Below are positions 51,219-60,701 of a stretch of 64,000 nt of DNA, piece after piece. This stretch comes from Nitrosopumilus sp. Its GTDB lineage: Archaea; Thermoproteota; Nitrososphaeria; Nitrososphaerales; Nitrosopumilaceae. The stretch is taken from positions 1,875 through 65,874 of the forward strand of contig JBHHZR010000003.1 of NCBI GenBank assembly GCA_046758125.1. Reading direction: 5' to 3'. The stretch's first letter is position 1. Every line of letters begins with the position of its first letter. The notes under the pieces are model-generated. The model had not been told where the DNA came from and did no database searches. It saw nothing but the letters and a program-made list of their open reading frames with translations. Both the position numbers and the translations under genes were made by a program.

Positions 51219-51349
51219 TTGGTTTGAGGACAAAATTGAACCTATAAAAACCATATACCTACTTATCACAGAATTAAAGAATTAGGCACACATTAATTCA
51301 AAATCTTTCCAAATAGCTCTAATAACGTCTATTGATGTTTATGATATAG

Positions 51350-51730
51350 ATGAAAGGTTTAGAATTTGTTTTCCTTGCAGTAGGATCAGTACTTGGGGCA
51401 TTTTTAAGATACAAAATTACTGAATCGCCTTTACTTTTCAACACATTACCTCTGAATGTTTTAATTGCCAATGTTATTGGAGCATTTATTCTCGGTGCAT
51501 TTGTAGTAGTATCACAACAATGGAATCTTGATGGAAGGTATTCTCTTTTTGCTGCTGTTGGATTCTGTGGTTCACTTACTACAATGTCTTCATTTGCACT
51601 TGATTCAAGTAATCTTCTAGATACTAATCATTATGGAGCTCTTGGAATTAATATTGTTGCAAATGTTGGATTGTCTATTGCAGCATTAATTGGAGGAAAA
51701 TCCTTAATGAGCATGATTATCAATAATTAA
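51350..51730 (+). CDS. crcB: Fluoride efflux channel (Fluc/CrcB)
   Basis: GAFLRY, ANVIG and GFCGSLTTMSSF motifs. Confidence 0.93.
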   Translation: MKGLEFVFLAVGSVLGAFLRYKITESPLLFNTLPLNVLIANVIGAFILGAFVVVSQQWNLDGRYSLFAAVGFCGSLTTMSSFALDSSNLLDTNHYGALGINIVANVGLSIAALIGGKSLMSMIINN

Positions 51731-51736
51731 TAAGAA

Positions 51737-51967
51737 ATGGTCTATTCTTACCAAGTTATAAAATTTCAAACAATTTCCTTTGTACAGGGAACACACTGGT
51801 CTCAATCAGTAGGTGATAAAGGAATTCTTTACAAATCACTCAAAGATCCATTCTCAAAACTTATCATTCAATCTTCAAATGGTTCAAAAAAACTCTATCA
51901 TGTTCCAAAAGACAGAACAGTAATTGTATCTAATGATACTGTTCACTTTTTAGGCGAATTAGCTTAA
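51737..51967 (+). CDS. Small hypothetical protein
   Basis: 76-aa ORF 6 bp after crcB. Confidence 0.6.
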   Translation: MVYSYQVIKFQTISFVQGTHWSQSVGDKGILYKSLKDPFSKLIIQSSNGSKKLYHVPKDRTVIVSNDTVHFLGELA

Positions 51968-51968
51968 A

Positions 51969-52241
51969 CTATTTGAAAAATTGATCAACCTGATCTCTAT
52001 ATCTTAGAGCAATTTTCCCAAAATCTGCAAAATCTTCCACAGTTGGATTTTGCATTCTCATTGCATATTGATTGACAAATACAGATAATGCACTACCAAT
52101 AATTAGATTGTAAACACCATCAGCTATATTTTTTGAGTAAGGAAATGCAACTTTGATGAAAGGAAGATATGATTCTGTCTGAGAAATCATCAATTTAATG
52201 TGTTTTTCAACATAATCTTCAACATCGGATGGAATTGCCAT
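51969..52241 (-). CDS. Small hypothetical protein
   Basis: 90-aa helical ORF filling the gap. Confidence 0.6.
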   Translation of the reverse strand: MAIPSDVEDYVEKHIKLMISQTESYLPFIKVAFPYSKNIADGVYNLIIGSALSVFVNQYAMRMQNPTVEDFADFGKIALRYRDQVDQFFK

Positions 52242-52361
52242 GATTTTATTTAGATTGATTTCTTATAAACATGTAATTCTTATGCGATCTAATCCTAATT
52301 TTGATTACCAATAATGAGATTCATCTTAATGGTTTTTTAAAAAAAACTGTTCAGTAATAAC

Positions 52362-52841
52362 ATGGCAACAAAAAAACTTGCAAAAAAAAGTTCTGCTGTC
52401 AATCCATTTCTTACATCAAATTGGTTTGATATTGATAGATCAATTGAAAACTTTAGGAAAGAAATGGAAAAAGCATTCTCATCTTTTCCAGAAATATCTA
52501 TGCCAAAAATGCCTAAATCATCTTGTGATGTAATTGATGAGGGAAAACAATTCAGAGTAAAAATGAATGTTCCTGGAATCAAGAAAAAGGAGATAAAGCT
52601 AGATGTGACTGAAAATTCTGTAGATATTTCTGCAGAACATAAGGAAGAATCTGAAGAGAAAAAGAAGAACTATCTTAAAAAAGAACGTAGTCAAGTTTCG
52701 TATTTTAGAACATTACCTCTTTCTGAAAAGGTAGTTGCATCTAAGGTAAAGGCAAAACTTACTGATGGAGTTTTAGATATTACTCTACCAAAAACAAAAC
52801 CTACAAAGATTCAAAAAAAGAAATCTATATCCGTACAGTAA
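52362..52841 (+). CDS. hsp20: Small heat-shock protein (Hsp20)
   Basis: NVPGIKK, YLKKER and AKLTDGVLDITLPK motifs; C-terminal IxV motif. Confidence 0.93.
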   Translation: MATKKLAKKSSAVNPFLTSNWFDIDRSIENFRKEMEKAFSSFPEISMPKMPKSSCDVIDEGKQFRVKMNVPGIKKKEIKLDVTENSVDISAEHKEESEEKKKNYLKKERSQVSYFRTLPLSEKVVASKVKAKLTDGVLDITLPKTKPTKIQKKKSISVQ

Positions 52842-52848
52842 CTTTTTT

Positions 52849-53058
52849 TTATCTTATAATCTGAGCTAGGTATCTTTCTTTTCCCTTTCTACTTCTAGGT
52901 AGACATCTTAGCTGTCTATTACAACAAGGACAAGTAATACCTTCGTATTCTACAAATATTTCACAATAATTACATCTCTTTTGTCCAGCTGCATATCTGC
53001 CGATCTGTGTTGGTTTTAGAGCCTTGTATTCTTTACACTTGCCTATACAATAAGTCAT
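52849..53058 (-). CDS. Cys-rich zinc-ribbon microprotein
   Basis: CIGKC...CNYC...CPCC. Confidence 0.7.
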   Translation of the reverse strand: MTYCIGKCKEYKALKPTQIGRYAAGQKRCNYCEIFVEYEGITCPCCNRQLRCLPRSRKGKERYLAQIIR

Positions 53059-53164
53059 CAGGAATCAGTAAAATTATCCAAAGATAAAACCTTTGATTGC
53101 AGTGCACTACGTTTTCAAATTTTTAATGAAATTGAATTTATAATACTAGCTCTGCTTTTTATTA

Positions 53165-53464
53165 TTGCTTGAATTAGACAAGAAAATATTTGGTAATATT
53201 ACAACAAAAGAAATTATTGGTGCCGAACCACCAGAGATTCCTGACACAAAAAATATTCTTGAAAAAGAGCTCGTAACTTTACTTGTACAACTAAAATCAC
53301 AACCAAAAGAAAATCTTGTAAATCTTCTAGAACAACAAAAAATTGCTGAAAAACATGTCAATAGTAGACCAGGTGCGATGGCTTTAGCTCAAAACAAAAT
53401 TGAACTATTCAATAAATATAATAAAAAATACATTCAAAAAATTAACGAAAAGCTAGAATCTTAG
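53165..53464 (+). CDS. Hypothetical protein
   Basis: 99-aa ORF, TTG start, 4-bp convergent overlap. Confidence 0.6.
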   Translation: MLELDKKIFGNITTKEIIGAEPPEIPDTKNILEKELVTLLVQLKSQPKENLVNLLEQQKIAEKHVNSRPGAMALAQNKIELFNKYNKKYIQKINEKLES

Positions 53465-54411
53465 AGTCTTTTCTTTTTTGCACGTTTTTTAGTAGATTTT
53501 TGATTTCTTCTAATTATTAGCGAAATTATTGCGCCTGCAGGAATTCCTATTATGGTTCCAAGACTTACATATGGTGCAATAAAGAAATCACCAATCCAAA
53601 TCCCTCCATCTGTAGTTAATTCCATAAATGTTCTTGGCCTAAGAATTACTGAAACTGTTTGTGCATCTTCTTTTTTTACCCCGACATCATCTGTGTATGT
53701 TACAATAATTTCAAATGGAAGCTTATACTCTGTATTTACTTCTTCAGCTGGTGTAATGATTCTTGATGTTATTCCAACAGGAGTATCTTTTTCTATTTTT
53801 GAAAATGTATGTAATGTTTCTCCCCTAAATTCGATATCTTTTGGTGGAACTATCTTTATGTTAACATTTGAAATGTCGATATCTTGTGATATTACTTGAA
53901 CCTCAATTGGAAACTCTGCATTAGCAAAAATTGATTCAGGCGTTTTTGTATAAATTGTCACACTTGGATCTTCTTTTATTGTAATTGGAATTGCAATATC
54001 ATGAAAAAATGGAGCTTGTGGCGTTTCATTATTTGCAACAAGAATATGAGAATATTTTATATTCAAAAAATGAATTCCAGGATTTGCGTCATTTGTAATA
54101 TACAAATTAATATTTTCACCGTACGATCCACTTTGTGCAAGTTTATCTATGACAATGTTATCTGATGGTTCTATAACTAATCCTGGAATATCTGATAACG
54201 AAAATCCAAATGAAATATCTTGTTTGTCTTCCCATCCATTATTTTTTATCAGAAATGAAACAACACTTTCTCTTCCAACTATAATTTCATCCGGATATGT
54301 GATCTCAATATCCATCCCACCTTCTAGATTCTGAGTAATTGTTTCAGCATAGACATTTGGTAATAATACATAGAGTCCAACTAGTAAAGGAATCATCCAA
54401 AGAATTCTCAT
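53461..54411 (-). CDS. Exported protein with two Ig/CARDB-like domains and C-terminal TM anchor
   Basis: Signal peptide, beta-strand pattern (LPFEIIVTYTD), TM helix and basic tail. Confidence 0.7.
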   Translation of the reverse strand: MRILWMIPLLVGLYVLLPNVYAETITQNLEGGMDIEITYPDEIIVGRESVVSFLIKNNGWEDKQDISFGFSLSDIPGLVIEPSDNIVIDKLAQSGSYGENINLYITNDANPGIHFLNIKYSHILVANNETPQAPFFHDIAIPITIKEDPSVTIYTKTPESIFANAEFPIEVQVISQDIDISNVNIKIVPPKDIEFRGETLHTFSKIEKDTPVGITSRIITPAEEVNTEYKLPFEIIVTYTDDVGVKKEDAQTVSVILRPRTFMELTTDGGIWIGDFFIAPYVSLGTIIGIPAGAIISLIIRRNQKSTKKRAKKKRL

Positions 54412-54541
54412 GATTCTTATCTTGAATTACCCCCATAATGACTATTCTATGTTATTGTTAGGCTCAAATTCGGTTAAAAATCTGAAGAAAAAAAGTTGTT
54501 GATTCATAAATACGATACAACGCAGGATTCTAGAATCGTAT

Positions 54542-55447
54542 ATGGTAAGTAAAACAAAAGAACTGTGTCCAAGATGTGCACAGGGAAAATTAGTTACTGA
54601 TAATGAGTCAGGAGAGATGTTCTGCTCCAAATGTGGGTTCGTAATGACTGAAAAATTACAGGAATCAGGACCAGAATGGAGATCCTTTACTCAAGATGAA
54701 CATGGAGATAGAGCAAGAGCTGGCGCACCAACATCACTAACAATGCATGATATGGGTCTTGCAACAGTCATTAATCCTGTTAACAAGGATGCATCTGGAA
54801 GACCACTTACTGCTTCAATGAAAAGTACCATTGAAAGACTCAGAACTTGGGATAGCAGAAGTCAAGTTCATGAACCAGTTGATAGAAACTTTAGACAAGC
54901 ATTTAGTGAATTAAACAGACTAAAAGATAAACTTGCAATCTCTGATGCTGTGATTGAGAAAGCAGCTTACATTTACAGAAAAGCACTTGACAAAGGTCTT
55001 GTAAGAGGTCGTTCTATTTCAGCTTTGATGGCATCTGCACTTTATGCTGCTTGTCGCGATACTGAAACACCAAGAAATCTAAAAGATGTAGAACAAGCAG
55101 CAAATATCAAAAGAAAAGATATTGCAAGGTGTTACAGATTATTAGTTAAAGAACTTGATTTGAAGATGCCAGTAACTGATTCAATTCAATGTGTTGCAAG
55201 AATTGCAAGCAGAATTGGAATTGCTGAAAAAACAAAAAGATATGCAGTTAAAGTACTAAAACAAGCACAAGAAAATGAAGTATCAGCTGGAAAAGATCCA
55301 ATGGGATTAGCTGCTGCTGCACTATACCTATCTTGTGTTAGAAATGGTGAGGACAAAACTCAACGTGATATTGCCGAAGCTGCAAACGTTACTGAAGTAA
55401 CTATTAGAAATAGATACAAAGGTCTCAAGGATTCATTAGATCTATAA
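54542..55447 (+). CDS. tfb: Transcription initiation factor IIB (canonical-type)
   Basis: CPRC...CSKC ribbon, GPEWRSF, LVRGRS, GKDPMGLAAA and TEVTIRNRY motifs. Confidence 0.96.
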   Translation: MVSKTKELCPRCAQGKLVTDNESGEMFCSKCGFVMTEKLQESGPEWRSFTQDEHGDRARAGAPTSLTMHDMGLATVINPVNKDASGRPLTASMKSTIERLRTWDSRSQVHEPVDRNFRQAFSELNRLKDKLAISDAVIEKAAYIYRKALDKGLVRGRSISALMASALYAACRDTETPRNLKDVEQAANIKRKDIARCYRLLVKELDLKMPVTDSIQCVARIASRIGIAEKTKRYAVKVLKQAQENEVSAGKDPMGLAAAALYLSCVRNGEDKTQRDIAEAANVTEVTIRNRYKGLKDSLDL

Positions 55448-56896
55448 TCTATCCTTTTGAGAATCTTCAGATTTTTTTGTAACAAATCCACCATCAACTG
55501 AATCTGTAATAGAATCGTCTATTTTTTCACTTTCCCCAGAATCTCCTTTTGAATCATCTGGCGGCTTGACAAATCCACCTTCAACTGATTCAGGAGGAGG
55601 AATTCTTTTTGCTCTACCTAATCCAATAGTTGTAATAATTACCGAGGATAAAATGATGAAGAATATGATTTGTGGATACGCTTCTGAATTTGGTAAACCC
55701 ATAGTGACTGGATAAGTAGCAAGCACCGCTGCTGCTAATCCTCTAGGAATCATTGAGTTTGTTACTGCTCTATCTAATCTTGAAAATCTCTTTGTGAGTG
55801 TTATCTTTACAACAATTGCTCTTCCAAAGAAGACAGCAATAGTAATCAAAATACCAAAAATGACATATTCTATTTGTCCAACACTTGCCATCAATCCAAC
55901 AAACACAAAGAAGAAAGATCTAACCAAAAATGTCAGTTGATTATGTGTAGGATCATCTATCTCAATTTTTGGTAGCTTAAATCTAAGTATCCGTGAAAGA
56001 TGCTTTTTGTTTCCTAACATTAAACCAAATACTAATGCAGTTAAAGCTCCAGATTCTCCAAATGAGTTTGCCAAGAAGAACAAAACAAACAAAATTCCTA
56101 GTGTAAGCATGTAAGCATGTTGAGCATTTCCAAGTTTTGTTGAAACATACATCCAAGGAATTCCAACACCGAATCCAAGAATCAATCCTACGATTACTGC
56201 TCTTCCAATAGTTTGTTCTAATGTTTGAAAATCAAAATGACCTATGAGTATTGCTTCAAATAATATGAATGCAATAATGGTAGCCAAAATATCTGTAAGT
56301 GCTGATTCAAAACTAAGCATTGATTTAGTCTCTTCTGAAATTTTGACATTTCTAACAAGACCAAAAACAATTGCTGAGCTACTTCCACCAACAATTGCAC
56401 CTAGCAAAATACTTTCTAACCAAAGCCAATCTAATACATAATGAGCAGCAACAGCAATGATAACAACTGATAAAATAAATCCAAGAATTGCTATTGTAAC
56501 TGAAAAATGTGCAGTTTTTATAATATGTTTAATGTCTAGATTCAATCCTCCATCAAACATGATAATTATTAACGCAAGTGCTGCAAAATATGGAACCACC
56601 TGTATAACTGCATCAGGTCCAATTATTCCTAGAACAGGTCCAATAATTACTCCAAGAACCATTAAAAATGCAACATCTGGAATTCCTGTTTTTTTAAAGA
56701 ATGCTTCTCCTGCAACTCCTAGAAAAATCGTTACTCCTGCTGCAAGTAATACAACATGAGCTGCTGCAATTGGTCCCTCTTGAGTAGATAATGTTCCAAT
56801 AGAATTCTGTAATTCTGTAATTTTATCTAAGAACCAACTTGAATCAAAATCAGATAATTGAAGTACATCAATACCTTGTCCTTTAATCAGACTCAT
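55442..56896 (-). CDS. CPA1-family cation/proton antiporter (NhaP-like)
   Basis: IPDVAFLMVLGVIIGP, MFDGGLNL, FESALTD and PRGLAAAVLA motifs. Start at 56896 or 56920. Confidence 0.88.
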   Translation of the reverse strand: MSLIKGQGIDVLQLSDFDSSWFLDKITELQNSIGTLSTQEGPIAAAHVVLLAAGVTIFLGVAGEAFFKKTGIPDVAFLMVLGVIIGPVLGIIGPDAVIQVVPYFAALALIIIMFDGGLNLDIKHIIKTAHFSVTIAILGFILSVVIIAVAAHYVLDWLWLESILLGAIVGGSSSAIVFGLVRNVKISEETKSMLSFESALTDILATIIAFILFEAILIGHFDFQTLEQTIGRAVIVGLILGFGVGIPWMYVSTKLGNAQHAYMLTLGILFVLFFLANSFGESGALTALVFGLMLGNKKHLSRILRFKLPKIEIDDPTHNQLTFLVRSFFFVFVGLMASVGQIEYVIFGILITIAVFFGRAIVVKITLTKRFSRLDRAVTNSMIPRGLAAAVLATYPVTMGLPNSEAYPQIIFFIILSSVIITTIGLGRAKRIPPPESVEGGFVKPPDDSKGDSGESEKIDDSITDSVDGGFVTKKSEDSQKDRL

Positions 56897-57016
56897 AATT
56901 GAAAAAATTACCGAATTCATTGACTGGATGTAAACACATATGGATAAAAATTAAACTAGATTTGTTTGCATTTTTTAGGCTCCACCGTTAATTTTTAGAT
57001 ACACATTAAATCCGCC

Positions 57017-57577
57017 ATGATAATACCCCATTACTTGAGTGCAACAGAAACATTACGTGAAGATCATAAACAAATTAAGCGCCTAGAGAAGGTTATCATA
57101 AAGTGTTACACAGAACTTTATGCCGGAAAAAATATTCCTTTATCTGATATAGATAAAATTACGTTGGTTATAGAGGAATTTTTAGATTCTATTCATTATT
57201 CAAGAGAAGAAGATTCCTATTTCCCTTGCGTTGTTAGCTATGATCATCTCAAAGAAGAAATCCATAAACTGCTAGTTGAACATGAATTTTCTAGAAATAT
57301 ATCAATACAAATCAAAAAACATCTCAAAAGATGGAAAGAAGGAGAAGATGCAAGAGAACCAGTTGCTAGATTTCTAAGAACATATTCAATATATCTTATA
57401 GATCATATGAATAAAGAAGAAAACTTTTTTGATAAAGCTGAATCAGAAGTTCTTTCAAAAGAGGAAGAATATGATATGTATGAACAATTTAAATCAGTTA
57501 TGACAATTTCAAAAAAATTAGAAGATATGATCAAAGAAATTGAATATCTAGAAAATCAACCTTGGTTTAAAAATTAA
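57017..57577 (+). CDS. Hemerythrin/HHE cation-binding domain protein
   Basis: EDH...HYSREE...EH...HMNKEE pattern. An alternative TTG start lies at 57035. Confidence 0.85.
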   Translation: MIIPHYLSATETLREDHKQIKRLEKVIIKCYTELYAGKNIPLSDIDKITLVIEEFLDSIHYSREEDSYFPCVVSYDHLKEEIHKLLVEHEFSRNISIQIKKHLKRWKEGEDAREPVARFLRTYSIYLIDHMNKEENFFDKAESEVLSKEEEYDMYEQFKSVMTISKKLEDMIKEIEYLENQPWFKN

Positions 57578-57614
57578 CGTAAGCTCTTTATGGGCTGTTT
57601 AGATATTTTTACTT

Positions 57615-58130
57615 ATGAAACCTTTTATTCTTTGGATGACTGGTCTTCCTTGTTCAGGAAAGACTACCATCGTAAAAGATCTGCAAAAAGACATTCCAAA
57701 TTTGGCAATGCTTGATGGTGATGAATTAAGAGAATGGTTCTCTCCAAAAGATTTTTCAAAAGCAGGACGTGATGAACACAACAAAAAAGTTGCTCATTTA
57801 GCTAAGCTTTTGTTAAAACATGGCGTTCCAAGCGTTGTATCTCTAGTTTCTCCATATATTGAGAATAGAAAAAATGCTAGAGAGATTATTGATGCAGGTG
57901 ATCAGTTTGCAGAATGTTATGTAAAATGCTCACTTGAAAAATGCGAGGAAAGAGATGTCAAAGGTATGTACGCCAAGGCGAGAAAAGGAGAAATTAAAGG
58001 ATTTACAGGAATCGATGATCCTTATGAACCTCCAGAAGATGCAGATTTGGTAATTGATACAGAAAATGAACCCCTTTCTGAAAGTGCAAATAAAGTTAAG
58101 GATTTTCTTAAAGGAAGAAACCTACTCTAA
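57615..58130 (+). CDS. cysC: Adenylylsulfate kinase
   Basis: TGLPCSGKTT, LDGD, RDVKGMYAKAR and FTGIDDPYE motifs. Confidence 0.93.
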   Translation: MKPFILWMTGLPCSGKTTIVKDLQKDIPNLAMLDGDELREWFSPKDFSKAGRDEHNKKVAHLAKLLLKHGVPSVVSLVSPYIENRKNAREIIDAGDQFAECYVKCSLEKCEERDVKGMYAKARKGEIKGFTGIDDPYEPPEDADLVIDTENEPLSESANKVKDFLKGRNLL

Positions 58131-58937
58131 TTTTTTAAATTCTTCAACTATTTTTTCATGAACTAATCCATTTGTTACTAGGATTCCGTTTTGGTGATGA
58201 ACTTCTTTGTTATTGTATGTGATATCATTTCCTAACATGTCTGTCATTTTTCCTTCAGCTTCTGAAATAATACAATAAGATGCAGCCGAATCCCATTCCT
58301 TCATTTTGTTTGTAGTTGTGATATATGCTTCAGCTTCACCTGAGCTAATTTTTCCAACTTTTAATGAACTTCCTATACTTGTAAAATCTTCAATACCTAA
58401 TTTTTTGATAAATGATTTTTCTTTATCTGACAGGTGATGTCTTGAACCCACAGTTCTACATTTTGAAAGTTCTGCAACTTTAGTCACAGAGATTCTTTTC
58501 CATTCATTATTTGAGTATCTAAATGCCCCACTACCTTTTTGTGCAACAAACAAAGTTTTTTCCGTAGGCCAATTAATTACTCCAAGTATTGGTTTCTTGT
58601 TTTGTACCAATGCAATCATTACTGTAAATTCCCCTGTCTTATTAATAAAATCAGAAGTCCCATCAAGTGGATCTACAATCCATATTACATTCTCTGATAA
58701 TCTACTATGATCGTCTTTATCTTCTTCTGACAAAATTGTATGTTTTGTTTTTGATAGAATCTCTTTGATGATCTCATTACTTTTGAGATCTGCATCTGTA
58801 ATAGGAGAATCATCATCTTTTTTTGATGCCTCAAAATTCCCCTGATAAATCTCTAAGATTGCATTTCCAGCATATATTGCAGCCTGAATAGCAACATCTA
58901 ACTCAGGAATTTTATCAGATATGGGTATGTCTTTCAA
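58122..58937 (-). CDS. cysQ: 3'(2'),5'-bisphosphate nucleotidase
   Basis: PITDAD, LSEE, WIVDPLDGT and EWDSAA motifs. Confidence 0.92.
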   Translation of the reverse strand: MKDIPISDKIPELDVAIQAAIYAGNAILEIYQGNFEASKKDDDSPITDADLKSNEIIKEILSKTKHTILSEEDKDDHSRLSENVIWIVDPLDGTSDFINKTGEFTVMIALVQNKKPILGVINWPTEKTLFVAQKGSGAFRYSNNEWKRISVTKVAELSKCRTVGSRHHLSDKEKSFIKKLGIEDFTSIGSSLKVGKISSGEAEAYITTTNKMKEWDSAASYCIISEAEGKMTDMLGNDITYNNKEVHHQNGILVTNGLVHEKIVEEFKKLE

Positions 58938-58947
58938 TTGAGATTTC

Positions 58948-59163
58948 CTAAGTTGTAAGTTCTGGTTTTAGCGTCCAAACAACTCCTAGAACAATAAATG
59001 GAATTGACATAACTCCAATTATAGTAAGATAGATGTTAAATTGAGATTGTGAAACATCTGGATTATTAATTATCCAAGGTAGCGGTAAAGAGATGATTAT
59101 CCAAATAATTCCTATTAATATTATCAATTTAGCTTTTGTCTTTCTGTCTCTCATTACCATCAA
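58948..59163 (-). CDS. Small two-TM membrane protein
   Basis: Two hydrophobic segments. Confidence 0.6.
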   Translation of the reverse strand: MMVMRDRKTKAKLIILIGIIWIIISLPLPWIINNPDVSQSQFNIYLTIIGVMSIPFIVLGVVWTLKPELTT

Positions 59164-59194
59164 TTCTCCAAAGTTATATTAAATTCATGTGAAT

Positions 59195-59938
59195 TCATTT
59201 TATTGATTCTCCTCCATCTACTGCTAACACTGCACCTGTAATCCAAGAAGCATCATCTGATGCAAAATACATTACAGCTTTTGCTACTTCTTCAGGTTGA
59301 CCAATTCTACCTATTGGGTGATCATTATTCATAAATTCTATGTCTTTCTGAGTTTTCATAAATGGTTTTGTCATGTCCGTATCTACCACTCCAGGGCAAA
59401 TACAGTTAACCCTAATCTTATCTTTAGCATATTCTAATGCCCAACATTTTGTTAATAGAATTAAAGCAGCTTTTGCTGCAGAATATGCATCAGCATTAAA
59501 ATCTTGATATGCTTTTAATCCTGCATCAGATGAAATGTTAATTATCGAACCCATAGTTTTTTGTAGATAAGGAATTGCTTCTTTTGTAACTCTAAACTGT
59601 CCTGTGAGATTTACATCTAAAACTTCATTCCAATCACTTTCACCAATTTCATGTAATGGTTTGATCTTTGGAAAAATTCCAGCATTGTTTACAAGAATAT
59701 CTAATCTACCAAATTTTTCAATTAATTTTTTTACAACATTTTTTACATCATCTTTATTTCTAATATCAGCAACAATCCCAATTGCATTGTTAATCTCCGA
59801 AGCTGATTTTTCCAATCTCGTTGGTTCTTTTGCAGTTATCACAACTGTTGCTCCATTTTCTGACAAAATTTTAGCTATGGCATATCCTATCCCTCGACTT
59901 CCCCCAGTTACTAATGCAACTTTTCCAGATAATCTCAA
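59195..59938 (-). CDS. SDR oxidoreductase (FabG-like)
   Basis: TGGSRGIG, NNAG, YSAAK and VDGG motifs. Confidence 0.93.
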   Translation of the reverse strand: MRLSGKVALVTGGSRGIGYAIAKILSENGATVVITAKEPTRLEKSASEINNAIGIVADIRNKDDVKNVVKKLIEKFGRLDILVNNAGIFPKIKPLHEIGESDWNEVLDVNLTGQFRVTKEAIPYLQKTMGSIINISSDAGLKAYQDFNADAYSAAKAALILLTKCWALEYAKDKIRVNCICPGVVDTDMTKPFMKTQKDIEFMNNDHPIGRIGQPEEVAKAVMYFASDDASWITGAVLAVDGGESIK

Positions 59939-60074
59939 TAGTTTTTACATCAAAATTCGTAATTTATAGATCCATGAATCCAAATATGGGAATAAAATAT
60001 TTCATAAAATTTCATATAATCTTGTAAAAAATCATATGAAATGTTAAATAGTTAAAGTTACTATAATAATTAAT

Positions 60075-60201
60075 GCCGAAGGATATAATTCCTATCGACT
60101 AAGACTGCGTAGCCCCGCAGAACGAAAAAGGCAATCAGACGTTTTTACGATCTGACAACGAGAGGAAATCTCTCAGAGTTCTGCGATAAGGGGGTTACGC
60201 C
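60075..60201 (+). ncRNA. Putative structured non-coding RNA (three-way junction), family not recognised
   Basis: About 48% GC by my count in an AT-rich intergenic gap; nested complementary stems; TTAAATAG box at about -31 to -24; T-tract at the 3' end. Strand is inferred from the promoter and terminator. Confidence 0.65.
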
Positions 60202-60203
60202 TT

Positions 60204-60638
60204 TTAATTTTCTAAAATATCCACTGATACCGAACCTCGGATATTTCCATTAGGATTAATAATAATTGAAATTTCTTGCATCTCAGAAATCTGAATAATT
60301 TTCTCTCCTTCATATTCCCATGTAAAATATTCAGAAATTCCAGTTTGATGTGATGTACTCTGAAGCTTAAAATCTTCAGAAAAATCAAAATCTGTTCCTT
60401 TCAATGTTACTGATAAAATCTCTGGACTACTTCCATTTGGAACAAATCTAAACAAATATTCTCCTTTATCAACAGTAAATACACCAGTATAAACTCCATT
60501 AGTATACAAATCAGGATCTGCTAGAGTTGCATGAAAAATAACATTAGAATTATTTTTCTCAGATGGTTCTAAAAAAAAACCTACTACAAGAATTCCAATA
60601 ATTATAATTATAGGAATTATTACAATTTTTTTATTCAT
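60204..60638 (-). CDS. Membrane-anchored hypothetical protein
   Basis: MNKK plus hydrophobic anchor, then a beta-rich domain. Probable ATG at 60638. Confidence 0.65.
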   Translation of the reverse strand: MNKKIVIIPIIIIIGILVVGFFLEPSEKNNSNVIFHATLADPDLYTNGVYTGVFTVDKGEYLFRFVPNGSSPEILSVTLKGTDFDFSEDFKLQSTSHQTGISEYFTWEYEGEKIIQISEMQEISIIINPNGNIRGSVSVDILEN

Positions 60639-60701
60639 TAAACCAAATTCCAAATTCCATTATAAAAATAAATTTCTAATTTAATTAAAAACTATATCAA
60701 A

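Noticed and set aside
51270-51349. Fluoride riboswitch upstream of crcB
   Set aside because: The region is AT-rich and lacks the GGNGAUGG...CC...CUAAUGA..CC consensus.
5196-58130. Repeated 4-9 bp convergent stop-codon overlaps
   Set aside because: An expected consequence of a streamlined AT-rich genome (TTAA/CTAA shared stops), not a distinct system.
60075-60201. Identification of the structured element as 5S rRNA, tRNA, hammerhead, SAM-I or c-di-GMP riboswitch
   Set aside because: It lacks the 5S CCGAAC loop, a T-loop, CUGANGA/GAAA core geometry and the SAM-I/GEMM junction sequences; only scattered short matches.
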